Notes under the pieces: generated by a model
Told to the model about the DNA's origin: nothing
Database searches by the model: none
Seen by the model: the letters and a program-made list of their open reading frames with translations, nothing else
Shown here: positions 35,236-49,799 of the stretch, piece after piece
Layout of the letters: every line of letters starts with the position of its first letter
How positions within the stretch are numbered: the stretch's first letter is position 1
Made by a program: the position numbers and the translations under genes
Assembly (NCBI RefSeq): GCF_009914755.1
Contig: NC_060939.1
Source: the human T2T-CHM13v2.0 reference genome, Homo sapiens
DNA: 64,000 nucleotides
Direction: 5' to 3' (one strand)

Positions 35236-36679
35236 TCCACTGTGCACTAAACCTTGTGCACACATGGAATCTTCCAGAAACACAAATATTATCAGACAGG
35301 TGGTACATGTTCATGGTACCAAAATACCACTACATCAAGTGCCCAAAATATCTTAAAGGTCTTGCAAAAGGACTATACGGGATGTGGTTTTCTGATAACT
35401 GCCATGTGGCAACCTACCTGTCAAGCCACCTCTGTGTATACCTCCTAGACTGTGTTCTAGGAATAGTCATCCCCTGGCAGTATGGGATGGGTTTACTCTG
35501 TCACCCAAACAATCTGCTTTTTGTTTTCCTACAGAAGGCACCTTAGGTGGATTGATTAGGAGAGATCCCTGTAGCCTGGAAACTGGTTCCTAGGAAAGGA
35601 AGCTGAATCAGAAAGAATCTGGGTGGGGAGCCCTGCTTTTCCTACCCTTACCCTCACCTCCAAAACAATTCCCGAATCTGCTTTTATGGCTAAGCAGTAT
35701 CAAAATCAGAGAATATAAAAGAGAGAAAATTGGGCTGACTTGTTCTTTCAGTGGCACAGTTCCAAAGCATTTTAAATCTTAAACATTCTAAACACTCCTG
35801 CAGTATACCTGGGAGAGCTGATACTAATTTAATCAAGGCAGAGGAGGAAGTCTGTAACAGTATTCCCTGTAAGCTCTGACATTTTCCAAGGGTCCAGAGC
35901 CTGCTGGGCTCCATTTGTAATTTCTTCAAACTTCTCTTTTTGCAAAACCCTCCTGGATATTAAAATACCCTAGGATTGGTGGTAACTGCAACCATTCCAT
36001 TTCATCTTATTTGCATTAACTTCCAGCCAGACCCTTATGGAGGGAACAGTTGACAGAGTTGTTTGTTGTCAAGGAAATGGTGGGAATAATAGGGAAAAAG
36101 TATGCTCTCTGGTAGTCATTTTGTCAAAAGAAAGTTACATAGATTTAATTAATAATGAGAAGATTCTTCTGTAGACTTAGCTAGCACTCAGTTAAGGGTT
36201 ATCAAATCCTCAGCCTGGAATTTTGAAAGTGACTGGGCAATACATTATTTGACTTTGTTTTTAATATATTTACCTTTCCAAGTATGTGTTGCTTATACTA
36301 ATAATACAATTATTTTGCATTTGTTGGAAATATTCTGAATTAGAATTGAGGTCTTGAAAATAGGTAGTGAATTTCACAAAAATGTGGCTTTAAAGCTAAG
36401 CTTTGATCAAGCTTCTGTTGGGTGCAAGTGGGTTAATTAATTCAATGAATTAATAAATGAATAAACAGATAAACAAATGCTTTTTTAAAAAGATACGAGT
36501 AAGGTTCTTTCTGTTTCTGAAAAGACAGATAAGCTTCTGCCCAGCCAATTAAGACTTAAGAAGAAGGCACAAGTGGTGAGCTATGGAGGACAAAGGGAAA
36601 GAAAAGGAGACGTTTTTAACTGGTGTTTTAGGCAGAATCCTCAGTAATGACACATTCCATTTAATAGCAGTTTTAATTT

Positions 36680-36875
36680 CTCCAATCCCTTCTATATTCA
36701 CCATGTTATTTTATTTTGAGGTGGTTTAGGCAAATTATCATCATTACTCCATCCAATAGATAAAGAAATGGAGACAGACAGGATAAATATGTGCCTAAAG
36801 TCACATAGCTGCTTAATAAATTGTTTGAGGCCAGATCCCAGGGCTCTTGGCTTAACCATATACTCTTTCCACTAG
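36680..36875 (-). mobile_element. MIR fragment
   Basis: agataaagaaatggagacagacagg...tgcctaaagtcacatagc. Confidence 0.6.
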
Positions 36876-36949
36876 ATTACCTGGACAAGCAAAATTTATG
36901 AATTATCTCCATTAAATATAAGCCATCAGTAGTTACTGTATCTTAATTG

Positions 36950-37052
36950 TTCTCTCCCTCCCTTCCTTCTTCTTTCCCTTCTCTTTCTTTCTTTTCTTTT
37001 TCCTCTTCCCTTTCTTCTTCCCTCTCTTCTTTACTCTCCATTTTTCTTTCTT
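36950..37052. repeat. Polypyrimidine (CT/CTT) low-complexity tract
   Basis: About 100 nt that are almost purely C/T. Confidence 0.85.
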
Positions 37053-39189
37053 TAAATTATCACGACATTGGCAAGCATTAGTAATCCCTTTGCCAGAGAA
37101 AATCTAATCCTCACTAACAATGAGTCTGAGTTTTAGATTCTTAATTCATCACATGTTGTATGGTGGGAGTGGGGTTGGTATAAAAATTTCCTCCTTCATA
37201 GAATTATTCTGAGGATTAGATTTGATTATTACGTGAAGTGCTCAGCACAACTTCTAGTACATTGAGAGATTAACTACTCAATAAATGGTAGCTGTTGATG
37301 CTGTGATGTTGTATGCTCACCAAGTAACAATGAAATTGAAATTGATAAAAAGAAATTCATCCTCATTTCAAAGAGAGGGAAATAGAGTCACAAAATATAC
37401 AGCCTTGATTTGAGATGAAACCCAGGTATGCTATCAGTTAGTTAGGGCTATTTCTGGGCAAATTCCAGTCAAGTTTAATATAGTCCTTGCATACGAAAAG
37501 ATTTGTAGTGGGTTGAAAAATACCCAGCTAGTGGGGAATACATGAATGATCTAGTTAACAATAGGATTGTGAAATCATAATCATGATTTAGTGGAATGGG
37601 TTGTCTCTATTTTATAAACAAGATGGGAAATTATTTAAAGATCAGGACTTAACTAGGGAAACGTCTTTGGAATATGAAAATGAGAATTCTGAAGTTAAAA
37701 GCATTAGCAGAAAAAAATAAGGCTTGGAGGGAAGAGAGACTTCAGCTATGGCTTTGATCTCTTGAAGTCGATGTCAAAAGCCTTCCTTCTAAGTGGAATG
37801 CTAGGATCTCTGTTCCTCCAGCAGTGGACCAGTGGAGGTCTCATTCATAATAGTGACACCTCTTAAATCAGGCCTCTCACCCTGGCTGCTGACATGTTGT
37901 TGGGTGTAGACTTGACTTGCAATTGTAGATGAAGCCCCATGCCAAATGGTTCAATTACAGTTCAGAAGAAAGCAATGATAGGATAAAGGCAGTATTGGTC
38001 CACATGCATTCTGAATGTGGGCAATTTCTGGCATCTCTCAGCCAGAGGAGGTGGTTTCCTTTTATTCTCAGAACTCAAGATTTCTTACCCCTCAACATTT
38101 AGCCATCCCCCACCATCATCCATTTCTCCACATTACTTTGTAGACCTTCTGGACTGTATCTTTCCAAATTCAGATTTCCTTGGTTACAACACAAACCTTC
38201 CCCTCCAAAGGACCCAGTATCTGATGCATGTTTTAACATCTCACTTTTATGTGTTAATTATGTGGTTGTTTAGGAAATAGTTGGAAACTGACTTAAGAAT
38301 AAGGATATAAAATCCATTTAAGATTCCTCTTAATATTGTTGTTCCCCACACCCCCGCCCCCTACCATCTCAAGCATCTGGGCACTTGGCTAAAGGTTAGT
38401 GCAATGACACAGGCTTCCTGTCCCCCTTAGCCCCCTATTTTCTAATATCCATCCCTTTTACTTTCTAGATGGGCATTCTGCCTGAAATGGGATAAAGCTG
38501 GCACACTACCTACCAGAAAAGAAATCTTTGTTTTCAGACAGAAGTATTGAATCGAATCTCTCAGAGGGGAGCCTGACCCCTTCCCTCTCTTCCCGCCCCC
38601 TCCATCTGGAAGAGAAGAGAAACAGTGAAATTCAAAAGTTGCCAAAGTTTAATTACTTCTACTGAAAGTGCCAAAAAAAATGTGAAAGCTTATCCTTTAG
38701 TGGAAGGAACCCAGAGGGCCCTGTGGACATTTGCAGCAGTCTGTTTGCCATTTGTTTTTGTTGTTGTTGTTGTTGTTTTTGTTTTTCTACTATAGCCCCT
38801 GAGTAGCAAATTTCCACTTTCTTTTCCAAGACGAAGGAGGACAGATTGTCCCTCAGAGATTTCAAAAGGGTGTTTCAGATTCTGCCACTAGAGACAGAAC
38901 TATTGAGCCATCCCCAAATATTTCTGCTTTAAGATTCACACAATGTGAAATTTCAGGCAAGCATTTTCTTACACCATTAGCTCATCATATCGACCATCCA
39001 CCTATACAAATTGTGTTAAAATTACATCCATTTCTAACAAACTCATCGGGGCCACCTCAGCAGATATTAAAATAGATGTTTTTCTTAGGGGAGCAACAAA
39101 AACTCAACAAACAAGCAAAGAAATAAAAATTACAAAGTTGTAATATGAAATTGTAGGCAATTAGATGATAATTAACATTCTCATTAAAC

Positions 39190-39430
39190 AACAGTTATCA
39201 ATTACCTACCATATGTCAGATCTACACACTTTTATTTGTTTTATTATAATTATTTATCATGACAACCCTGTGAAAGAAGGTAATATTTTCATTTAATAGG
39301 TTCAAAGAAAGCTAAATTTTCATCGAGGTTATGGGACTTGGCCAAAGTTACCCATCTAATCATGAACAGAGCTAAAATTTCAATCCATGTTTTCTGATCC
39401 CGAGGCCAGGCAATATTTACTCCTCAGTTA
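39190..39430 (-). mobile_element. MIR fragment
   Basis: tacctaccatatgtcaga...gacaaccctgtgaaag...gacttggccaaagttaccca. Confidence 0.6.
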
Positions 39431-39694
39431 ACTCTCAATTACACAGTGGCTGAACTAGCTTGTGGATCACCACACATTTATCTGCCTCTTCTTTTCCTGT
39501 GCTATATTTTCTATGTGCCTTACCTTTTAATAATACCTGTACAGTTGGGTTGACATATACCAACCTCAATTAACAGGTAACAAAATTTTCTTTTCTACTT
39601 CTTAGTAGTTGGATAGGCAGGTGAATGAGCCCAATAATTAAAATTATATATAAATTATTATGAATTGCAATGATTGCTATTTTCACATTTCTTT

Positions 39695-40016
<322 letters not shown>

Positions 40017-40668
40017 TCACCTTTCTTTCATATGTGGTAGTCAAAACTGGTGACATGAAGAATATTTTTTTTAAAAAGAACAAATTTTCAAGTTGAAGAT
40101 AGTAAACAACATTGTTTGAAAGAAATACAGCTAACATTCCTTCAGCTTTTAGCAACAAGCCTGTTCTTAAAGGAATATCCTTTTCATTACAAATGAGACA
40201 TGGTAGGTTTTCTGTCCTGTTGGTGACTTTTTAAATAAAAAAAAAAAGAATCTTACATCTTTAAGTTTTCTGTGAAATCAGCATGCTTTGCTTTTTGATT
40301 TCTGATGTCTCTTTCTTCTCAATCTAGTTCTTTGTGGATTTATTGCACAAATCTGTGCAGCAGCTAAAAACTGTCCTTTGATACAATGCAGGCAGTAAGC
40401 ATTAACTTCTACATTGAGGGAAATTGGTATGGAGGATGATGGTGCAACTGGGGATTGGAAGCCAGTTGGGCTGTGTATTTCAAGCTCTTTTTACTTTCTA
40501 AATCTCTGATGTACCTGGTTCATTCTTAACAACACATGGAAGACAGAAATTGCCCTCAGAGGTTAAGACATTGACGTTGATTTTGCTAGTCCAATCTCCA
40601 GTTGAAGCCAGGTTTTGATTTTTCAGAATATCGCAAAAAGTTCATATTTTACTGACGTGGACTCAGGC

Positions 40669-40720
40669 TGTATGTGAGTGTGTGTGTGTGTATGTGTGTG
40701 TGCATGTGTGTATGTTGTGT
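40669..40720. repeat. Imperfect (TG)n
   Basis: Directly visible. Confidence 0.85.
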
Positions 40721-40736
40721 GGTTTGGGCTGGGCTA

Positions 40737-41126
<390 letters not shown>

Positions 41127-41569
41127 CTATTCTACAGACTAAGGTCTGAGATTTGGCTACTGTGGTTCTGTTTAAGCAAAATGGCATATTTGGGGGAGTG
41201 AAAACATTCCTTCCACAATCTCCTTAGAAACAGAGCTCCCTGGTAAATTTGGCAAGGACACTCAACAGTATAGAGTTTTCTGCGTGAGATTAGTTTTAGT
41301 AAAATAATCAGTAAAGACAGAGAGATGGCCAAAATTATCTTCGTCTAAGTTACACTCCAGGGAAGGGATATAAAGACGCTGTTTATTGGTATCTGACATT
41401 ATTGGACACCTGATAATTGTTGAACAACTCACCATTAAATAGAATTTAATCTGCTTTTGTTCTGAAATCTTGTTAAGAATAAAGTGAGAGTAAAATGGTG
41501 TTTAGAGACAAGACACAGAACCAGACCCTACTCCTCCTCTCTTGAACTCTGTGAAATTAGCATGCTTTG

Positions 41570-42710
41570 ATTAAAGATAATTAACAGGCTTTTTTGGGAG
41601 CAGGTTTAGATTTATAGAAAAATTGAACAGAAAGTAGAGGGTTCTCATATATCCCCTTTCTCTCCTCCCAGCTTCCCCTATTATTAACATTTTGCATAAG
41701 TGTCGTACATTTGTAACAATGGATAAGCCAATATCTGTATTACTAACCAAAGTCCATAGTTTACATTAGGATCATTCTTTGTGTTGTTCATTCCAATGGT
41801 TTTGACAAATGTATAATTACATGTATCCTATGTTGTAGTGTCATATAGAGTCGTTTTACTGCCTTAAAGATCCCCTGTGCTTCCCCTACTCATCCTTCCT
41901 TCTTTCCCTTGGTGGAAATTACTGAATTTTAAAAACTCTCTCCATAGTTTTGCCATTTCCAGAATGTCATATAGTTGGAATGATACAGTATGAAGCCTTT
42001 TCAGATTGGCTTCTTTCACTTAGCAATATATATTTAAAGTTCCTCCATTTCTTTTTATGGCTTGATAGCTGACTTGTTTTTCACACTACACATTCCATTA
42101 TCTGGAGGTACCACAGTTTATGTATCCATTCACTTAGTGAAGGACACTTTGATTGCTTCCAAGCTTTAGCTATCATGAATCAGGTGCATCTGGGGATTGG
42201 AAGCCAATTGGGGTTTCTATTTCAAGCCCTTTTTACTTTCCAAATCTTTGATGTGCTTGGTTCATTCTCTTGAATGAACCTCCTCTTGAATGAATGCTTT
42301 AAACATTTGTGAGCAGGTTTTTGTGTGGACATACAATTTCAACTCATTTGGGTAAATGGCAAGGAATGGGATTACTGTATCCTATGGTAAGAGTATGTTT
42401 GATTTTGTAGGAAACCACCAAACTGTCTTTCAAAGTGGCTGTGGCATTTTGCATTCCCAGCAGCAATGAGTGAGAGTTCCCTCTACGCCATATCCTTACC
42501 AGCATTTGGTGTTTTATATTTTGGCCATTTTACTGGGTGTGTAGTGGTATCTCACTGTTGCTTGAGTTGTAATTCCCTAATGACTTACTATGTTGAACAT
42601 CTTTTTGTAAGCCTTTTTGACATGTATATATCTTTTTTAGTGAGGTGCCTGTTCAGGTCATTTGCCCTTTTAAAAATTGGGTTATTTTCTTATTGTTGAG
42701 TTTTAAGATG
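41570..42710 (-). mobile_element. L1MC2-like 3' fragment carrying a foreign insert at ~42181-42290
   Basis: gagcaggtttagatttatagaaaaattgaacagaaagt...ttcccctattattaacattttgcat. TSD core TGCTTTG at 41563-41569 and 42711-42717. Confidence 0.85.
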
Positions 42711-43649
42711 TGCTTTGCTTTTTTGATTTCTGATGTCTCAAGGGGAATGTGCTATAGAGGAACAACTGTTATGCAAATTTTGTGTTTCTCAAGCTGGGGT
42801 AAGGAAAGTCTAGGCAGGCAGTGCATGGACATATTGTCAAAGGTTTATGAATTATTATTTTATTTGAGATGATATCTATAAACCATAAGAGAAACATGTA
42901 TTGCTAAGCTGGAGGACCACTTTGAAACCAAGTCTTATCTTCTTTCTGCGCCTGCATTTTCATTAGTATTTACAAGTGCTTTAACACCAAGTAATGACAC
43001 AACAGTGACATCATTTGTTTTTAATGCAGTATTTTTAAAACCAGTATTTTATAATCCTGCTAGTATGTGGATATATTATCTGAGATCCAGAACAGCTTTA
43101 TCCCTTTCTCATCCTGCAGTTCAGGTGTTTCTGGAGAGAAACACCAGAAATATCACTACAAGGTTTTGGTCACAAACTACAATAATCTCTACTATGTTAG
43201 GGCAAGACTTTCTTTGCCTTGGTTAGACACAGGCTCGAGCTAGAACCAAAGCAGAGAAGAGGGACTGCTCTTTGTCCTTTTCCCCAAATTCACTTTCCAA
43301 TCTTAGATTTTTAAAGTAGGGGAATGCAAGAGCAAGCAAGAATATTTGCCTAAACACAACGTTCTTTTTTCTCTGTTGATAAGACACTATGCAGAGAAAT
43401 GTGGCTCAAACTGAATAGCCTTGCAACCTTCTCACTGAAAAGTAAAATGCTTGGGTCCTGAGAGGCATAAAGTGGTAGAGGCAAAGCAAAGGAGGCCTTG
43501 AACTGCCTTCCCTGAGAGACCACTATATACGACATGATGCTGAGCTGCAGGATTCACCAGCAGAGACCTGGCAGGTATCCAGGCAGGATGACGGCAGCAT
43601 ACCGGAGAACTCTGCCCATTGAAAAGAACAGCTGCTATTCAGTGTCAGT

Positions 43650-43840
43650 CAGTTGCTGCATACCAAAATGTGGGCTCAAGTCAGATCTTCTGATTTTTCA
43701 AGGGAAGCTGGAAATCTGAATTTAATGTAAAATCTCCTAATTTTCAAATGTTGGCAATGAGTTTGGACCCTGTGAGCATCATGAAACATATCTATAAATG
43801 AGATCTGGCCTATCACAGGGCTTCCAAGTTGGTGATTTTT
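43650..43840. mobile_element. MER103-like DNA transposon relic
   Basis: cagatcttctgatttttcaagggaagctggaaatctgaatttaatgtaaaatctcctaattttcaaatgttggc. Confidence 0.65.
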
Positions 43841-45803
43841 GCTCCAGTTGGGTTTGCATCGCTAGTGACTTGCTGACAAGAAACTGCATCTTGGCAAACA
43901 CAAGGTGGCTATGTGGAATATGACACGGGAAGCACACTTTGCATAATTTTAAAGTACGTGACTTTTTTGCTTCCAAACATATTTAGCTAAACTGTGCGGG
44001 TTGGCTCTTGTGAATGCATATTACACTCCCTTTCTACCTGCTGTCTGATCCAACCCACACAAACCCAGACAGAGAGATACATCCTTGAAGGTGTTACTGC
44101 CTGTATATGGATAAAGATTGAGGAAACCAGCCTTCCTCTTGAGGAGTACTAGATCTCAGGCTCTGCAAAGTAGGAAGAGATGGAAAGAGAACACACACAA
44201 GAAGATCAGAAAGGAGGAGGAATTCAGACCAGAAATCCTAGGAAGCAGAAGTTGCTAGGTTGCTGAGACTCAAAGGTCACCAGCCATCAAATGATGTTTC
44301 AGATACCAAAGCTGAGAATCACAGCTGAGGGCAGAGAAGTCTGGTGCCTGGGCTGATGCACACTTCATTTACTGCTTTCTATATCAGTAGCTGTGGTAGG
44401 GAGTATTGGCACCTGTGGGGTAGGGTATGTGTAGTTCTAGGAGTTAATTTGTGTTGACCTATTCTTGGGTTTAATACCGTTTTAGTCGATCCAGGTTATA
44501 GAACTCAATCATAGGACACATTGCATTGTCTCCCCCAAACACCTCATTCTCGTGAAAACTTCTTGTTAAAAAATCCATTTATTCTAACAAATAACTTGGC
44601 ATAACAAACAGAGGTCATGTGAGAATTGTTACAATAGCCAGGTGAACAATGCATGCTTTCTCAAAAAGTTAGGGGGGAAAAAGATTTGTAAACGACATAC
44701 TCTTGTAGGAAAAACAAAGCAAAGCAAAACAACCCAGGTACTCATAACAATTCATCCAGATTTCCCTCGACTACTTATTAAATGCCAACCATATGCTGGG
44801 GTTTTGTGTTCTGTTTAACAGACCCTATCTCAAATTTTTATCTTAACTTTAATTGTGCCCATTTTATGGATGAGGCCATGCTTCTGTGAACACACCACTT
44901 GTGCAAGTTCACAGATCAAATAAGTAGCAGAGCTATGCATCCAAAAAGACTACATGTCCCCCCCATCTCCACCAATGGAACATCAAACTTTTAATGTCTC
45001 TTAGGGGCAAAAACATTGTTTTCTATTAGGGATTTAATTTGACTACCGGTTTAAAAAGGTGATCTCCTCTTTCTGTAGCATAATACATTCAATGGAAGAT
45101 AGTCATTTCGTCTCTTTTGACATGACAGCACTGTGGTTGTGATATATGTGGATAGTTGAATGTCACTACCACCATACTGTTGGGTTAATGCCAAACCTCC
45201 AACACAGCAGACTGAGAAAGAAAAACTTAGTCAACCCAGTGGTTCTTTGGTCCACATAATAGTAAACAAAAGTTTAAGATTAAGCAACATCAAATACTTC
45301 AAGAAAAATTAAAATTTTTAGCATGTGATGATGGATTTGAAATGCTTACCTGGGGCCCTTAGTTGTGAAGAGACACTTTCTTGGATGTGAATGTGGAATG
45401 TACTTTGGGCGACAGCTAAAAAAGTCAGCCTGGGGCTGCTCACTGTTCTGCCCCAGGGAGAAACAGATAAACAAAGGAGTTCCCTAGACTAACTAGATAA
45501 TACAGTTTAGAGTTTAAAATGGGAAACAACCAAATCCAAATTATTTCCCGCAAATCTATGGGGAAGAATAAAAGGAATGTTTCTGATTTAGACTTTGAAT
45601 GCAAAAACTCTGCTTCATACTTTGTTGAGACGTTCCAAGGTAGGTCCAAAATCAGTACTTAACTTCGCTTCCCTAATCACATGTTTTGCTTCCCTAATCA
45701 CGTATTTTTTTTTCCTTCTGTGTTTCCCACCACTTTCTTGCCTTTTGTCTTTCATAAAGTATTTGTAGAGGTCGTGATATTCACACTGTCCTGTGCTCTG
45801 GAT

Positions 45804-45990
45804 CAGTGGTTCTCAAAGTCTGCTCCCTGAACTTGCAGCTTCATTGTCACCTGGGAAATGTTAAAAGTGAAAATTCTCAGATCCACTTCAGACCTGCTGA
45901 ATCAGAAACTCAGGAGTGGGATCTGGGAATCTGTGTCTTAACAAGACCTCCAGACGATCCTGATGTGAGGTCAAGATTGAAATTGTGACT
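45804..45990. mobile_element. MER5A-like MITE
   Basis: cagtggttctcaaagt...cagacctgctgaatcagaaact...ggaatctgtgtcttaacaag. Confidence 0.8.
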
Positions 45991-47170
45991 AAACTAGACT
46001 GCAAAATTGAACAGGACTTGTATCTTGTATCTGCTCTTGGTAGCTTGCAATTTGATAATGGGCACTGCATTAAATTATTAGTTTATGATAAACTATATGA
46101 TATAGGTATGCTCAGGGTGTGTGGATGAACAAAGAAAGAGCAACAAAATAAAAATCAATGTTTTAGAGGAACTTCTGTGACACTTTAAATTCAGCAACTT
46201 TTTATTGTCTAAAGAGTGTCACCAATATATTTGCATATTTGCGATGTGCAGCCATCTTAAATTAGCAGACACCCCAACCACTGGTGATCCATAACACCAA
46301 ACCAGGAGGAAATCAAATTTAATTTTGAGAATTTTTCAATATAGATGATGTGAAACATCCCTTTAATGTTTTTGTCTGCAGAGTCATTCAGTTTTTCTGG
46401 GGCCTAGAATTTGAACTCAACCCCAAATCAGGAGAAAGACTTAGAGGGAGGAATATTCACCAATCCCAGGAAGAAAGAGTTAATGTCAGATCCTACAAGG
46501 TGAATTGCATCCTGTTGCAATTTACAACAGGATGTGGAAATCTTTGCTGATTTATTGCAGCCTTTTCTGTCAAGGTATTTTTTCCCCCTTGGTAATCTAA
46601 TCAGAAAGACAACGTACATTTCTGTGGGATTTTTTAAAGCATGATACTCACAGGCAACAGAGGCCAGAGAAGAGGTTCATATTAGAAGAACAAGCCTATT
46701 TGTAAGATACTGTGAAAGCAGCAGCTACATGAAAAAACCTCAGAGGCGGAAGTTTACTGTAAACTCAGGGTGAGTCAACAGAACCACAAGACTGCCAAGA
46801 AAGTTAATTTGATCTTACCCTGCATGCACAAGTGGCTGGTATTTAAAATGGGGGCAGGCTGTGAGTGTTCTGCTCAGTAGAGGTCAGAACACACCTGGAG
46901 TATTGCCTTTTGTTTTGAGCCCAGTTCAAAGGAATTTAACAAATAAACCCCAAATTTCCAACCCAAATCAGACTCTAGCTTCTCTACTTAGTAATTGTGA
47001 GGGAAAGAGAGAACCATCACCCTCAGCTGGAGATAAAACCTCCATAGTGCTCTTCACTTTTTGGGAGATTGTAGGGGGAAGAGGAAGGATGAGACCCTAA
47101 GAGATCTGCCTTTGACCAGCAGCAGGATGCATCACCTCCATGAGTCTTTGAATATGCAAATAGAAGCCCC

Positions 47171-47244
47171 TGAAGGGTAGCACAATATGCCACCCCAAAA
47201 TATGCTAGCCACTTTTGCCTAAGGATAATTTTGAGCTAAAGGCA
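47171..47244 (+). mobile_element. 5' end of a MER34/MER39-like LTR (host of MER4D)
   Basis: tgaagggtagcacaatatgccaccccaaaatatgc...aaggataattttgagctaaaggca. Confidence 0.6.
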
Positions 47245-48120
47245 TATTAACAAAAAATAAAATTCTAAGCTCCTGAATAAACTTAGGCTGAATGGGCCCT
47301 GCCTTGGCCAAGGGGATTCCAAAAAAACCTGAAGAACTAGTTCAGGCCATGATGGGGTCGGGGGAGGGGAAGGATGGGGGTCTGACATGCCTCATCACAC
47401 CCTCCTCCCTTCGGAGTTTAGACAACAGTGACCGGCATTAAAACAGAGATCTTAAGACTGACAAAACAGACTCATTATAGCAAGAAAATACCGAATTCCA
47501 ACCTGACTCTCGTACAGCATCACAGGACAGCAGGCCCTGAAGGAAATGAAAGTATTTTACACCCAAATATATTTCTTTGACGTATTTTGAAATGGCCCTG
47601 CAAAGCTGTCTCTTGTGGGGAAAATTTGCACTCGGTAGAGAACCTTCTTTCTTACTAGGTCTTTTCCAGAGCGTCTGACACCTTTTAAGTTTCAATAAGA
47701 GAATTTTACCATCCATTCTCTCTGAAGCCGGCTGGCCTGAAGGCTTTATCTACATGACAAGAACCTTGGCTTCTGCAATATCCCTCTCCCCTTAACTGAC
47801 CTTAACTCAAGCTGATTTCAATTCTTTCGACCAATTGACAATCAGGAAATCTTTGACTCCACCTATGATCTGGAAGCTTCCCTGCTTCAAGATGTCTTGC
47901 CTTTCCAGGCCAAACCAATGTATACCTTACATATAATGATTCATGTCTTTGTCTGTAACTTTTGTCTCCCTAAAATGTATAAAGCCAAGATGTAACACAA
48001 TCACTTTGGGCACATGTTCTCAGGACCACCTGAGGCTGTGTTACAGGCCATGGTTCTTAACCGTGGCAAAATAAATCTCTAAATTGATTAAGACTTGTCT
48101 CAGATACTTTTTGGTTTACA
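47245..48120 (+). mobile_element. MER4D-like ERV1 solo LTR
   Basis: aaaaataaaattctaagc...ctagttcaggccatgatggg...aataaatctctaaattgatt...ctttttggtttaca. 4-bp TSD GGCA/GGTA. Confidence 0.8.
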
Positions 48121-48374
48121 GGTACCTTAAAGAAGACAACAAATTAAAGCAGGAATCGGAGCGAGAGGTTTGTTGGTTTTGGAACGTGAGATCCCAAACC
48201 ATTGGAGAACTGCAGCATGGTGAAGGCAGTCGAGGTCCCATGAACTTGTAGGTGACTTTAGCTGGATCTAATGGGGCAGTAGGACACCGGTTGGTGCGTG
48301 GACAGTTAGTGGGTGAGAAGACAGTGTCTGGCATGTTCAAAGCTGCTTAGCCAGATGAGTGGCAGGAGGAGCTG

Positions 48375-48600
48375 TGGGCATTTAGCTCAGACAGAGAAGG
48401 CTTGCTGTGAAGTACTTAAAGGCTGCCATGTGAAAGAGAGATTAGGATTATTCAGTGTGTTTATAAGAGCTAGAACTAGGAATTGTAAAGTAGGAAATTA
48501 CCTGAGCCAGATTTCAGATCACAGAAAGTAAGTCACGAGTACTTACCAGCTACCTAAAGAAGGCATGACGTTTCCCAGAAAGAGGGCATTTTCTATTGAG
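48375..48600 (+). mobile_element. L3/CR1 fragment
   Basis: aagtacttaaaggctgccatgtgaaagagagattaggattattcagtgtg...agaactagg. Confidence 0.55.
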
Positions 48601-48634
48601 GGATGAAAACAAATGTTGGTTAAAGCCCAAGCTC

Positions 48635-48800
48635 TGCTACTCCAAGTAGGATCTTCAGAACAGCATCATCTCCATCACCAGGGAGCTTGTTAGAAATGCA
48701 GAATTTCAGACCCCATCCCAGACCTACTGAATTAGAATATGTAGCATAGTAAGATTCTTGAGTGATCTATATGCATGTTAATGTTTGAGAAGTCCTGAGT
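48635..48800. mobile_element. MER5-family MITE
   Basis: catcaccagggagcttgttagaaatgcagaatttcagaccccatcccagacctactgaat. Confidence 0.8.
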
Positions 48801-49424
48801 GAAAAGACCAATCTCTAGGGATGTTATTCAAAGTAGTTCAAATAATTAATGGATAGGTGGATTCCTTTCCATCTCCTAAGGGAGGTGGGGTAATGTGCTG
48901 CTGCAAACTTTGTACGGTAAGGGAAGAAACTTATCCCGCTGAGTTGTTGGTTTTAATAAAAATAAATCCTAAGAACAGAAGAATGTGCAACCCAGAACTA
49001 GTTAGCTGGCTCTGGATAATAGAAGATTCTATCTGTTTTAACTGTAAGCATCTATTACACTCTGCCAGGCACTGGGAATAAAACAAAATGAATAATATAT
49101 GCATCGAGCTCTATGTATTAAACTGTTATACTCTGCCCCTAATGGTTGAAATCATTTACTGACCCTGGGGCTCTTGCCTTAATTTCTGGATGAATTTAGC
49201 TCATCCTTATTGTCACTTTCTTCCAGCCCTGCTCTTTTCTTAATTCTTGATAATATTGCTGTTCACATGAATACCCAATACCTGGAATACTCCACCTTGT
49301 TCTATTGTTTTCTTAGTATTTAGCACCTTCAAGCACTTTTATAAATTATTTTCTTATTTAGCATTTGTGTGGTCTGCTTTTCTTTCACTAGAATTACATG
49401 TTTCATTAGTAAGAAGATTTAGGT

Positions 49425-49622
49425 ATGGTGGTACCCTGATGGAATACTGATAAAACAGGTTTGAAATGAGCTTTGATTTGTAGTGTTTGCCAATCCCTCT
49501 GGTGTAAATATTCCTGTCATGGCCAGTTTGAAGCTACTGTTACTACATCACTGAATGTGATGTTAGGAAAAATGTGCACAATTGACTCTTGTGAGCTGGC
49601 CTGAGCAGCTTCCATCACACAG
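49425..49622. mobile_element. MER63-like MITE inside an L2 3' end
   Basis: Reverse-oriented relative of the 32230 element (ttgatttgtagtgtttgccaat...gtaaatattcctgtcatggcc). Confidence 0.65.
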
Positions 49623-49799
49623 TTGGTCCCTAGAACAGTGTTATTTAGAACAGTGTCAACTCCAAGTAAGTGCTCAAAAGATATTTTTTCATTTACTTAA
49701 TGAAGGAATGAAGTGGAAAAAACCAGATTGTCATATAATCTACTGATCGTAAGAAGAAAGTGTTGTGTAGACAAAGAGAAGAGACAATTAACAGTAACT

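Noticed and set aside
45344-45423. Minus-strand donor CAG|GTAAGC with a possible acceptor about 66 nt upstream
   Set aside because: One such 9-mer is plausible by chance in 64 kb. The acceptor tract is short and there is no coding signal.
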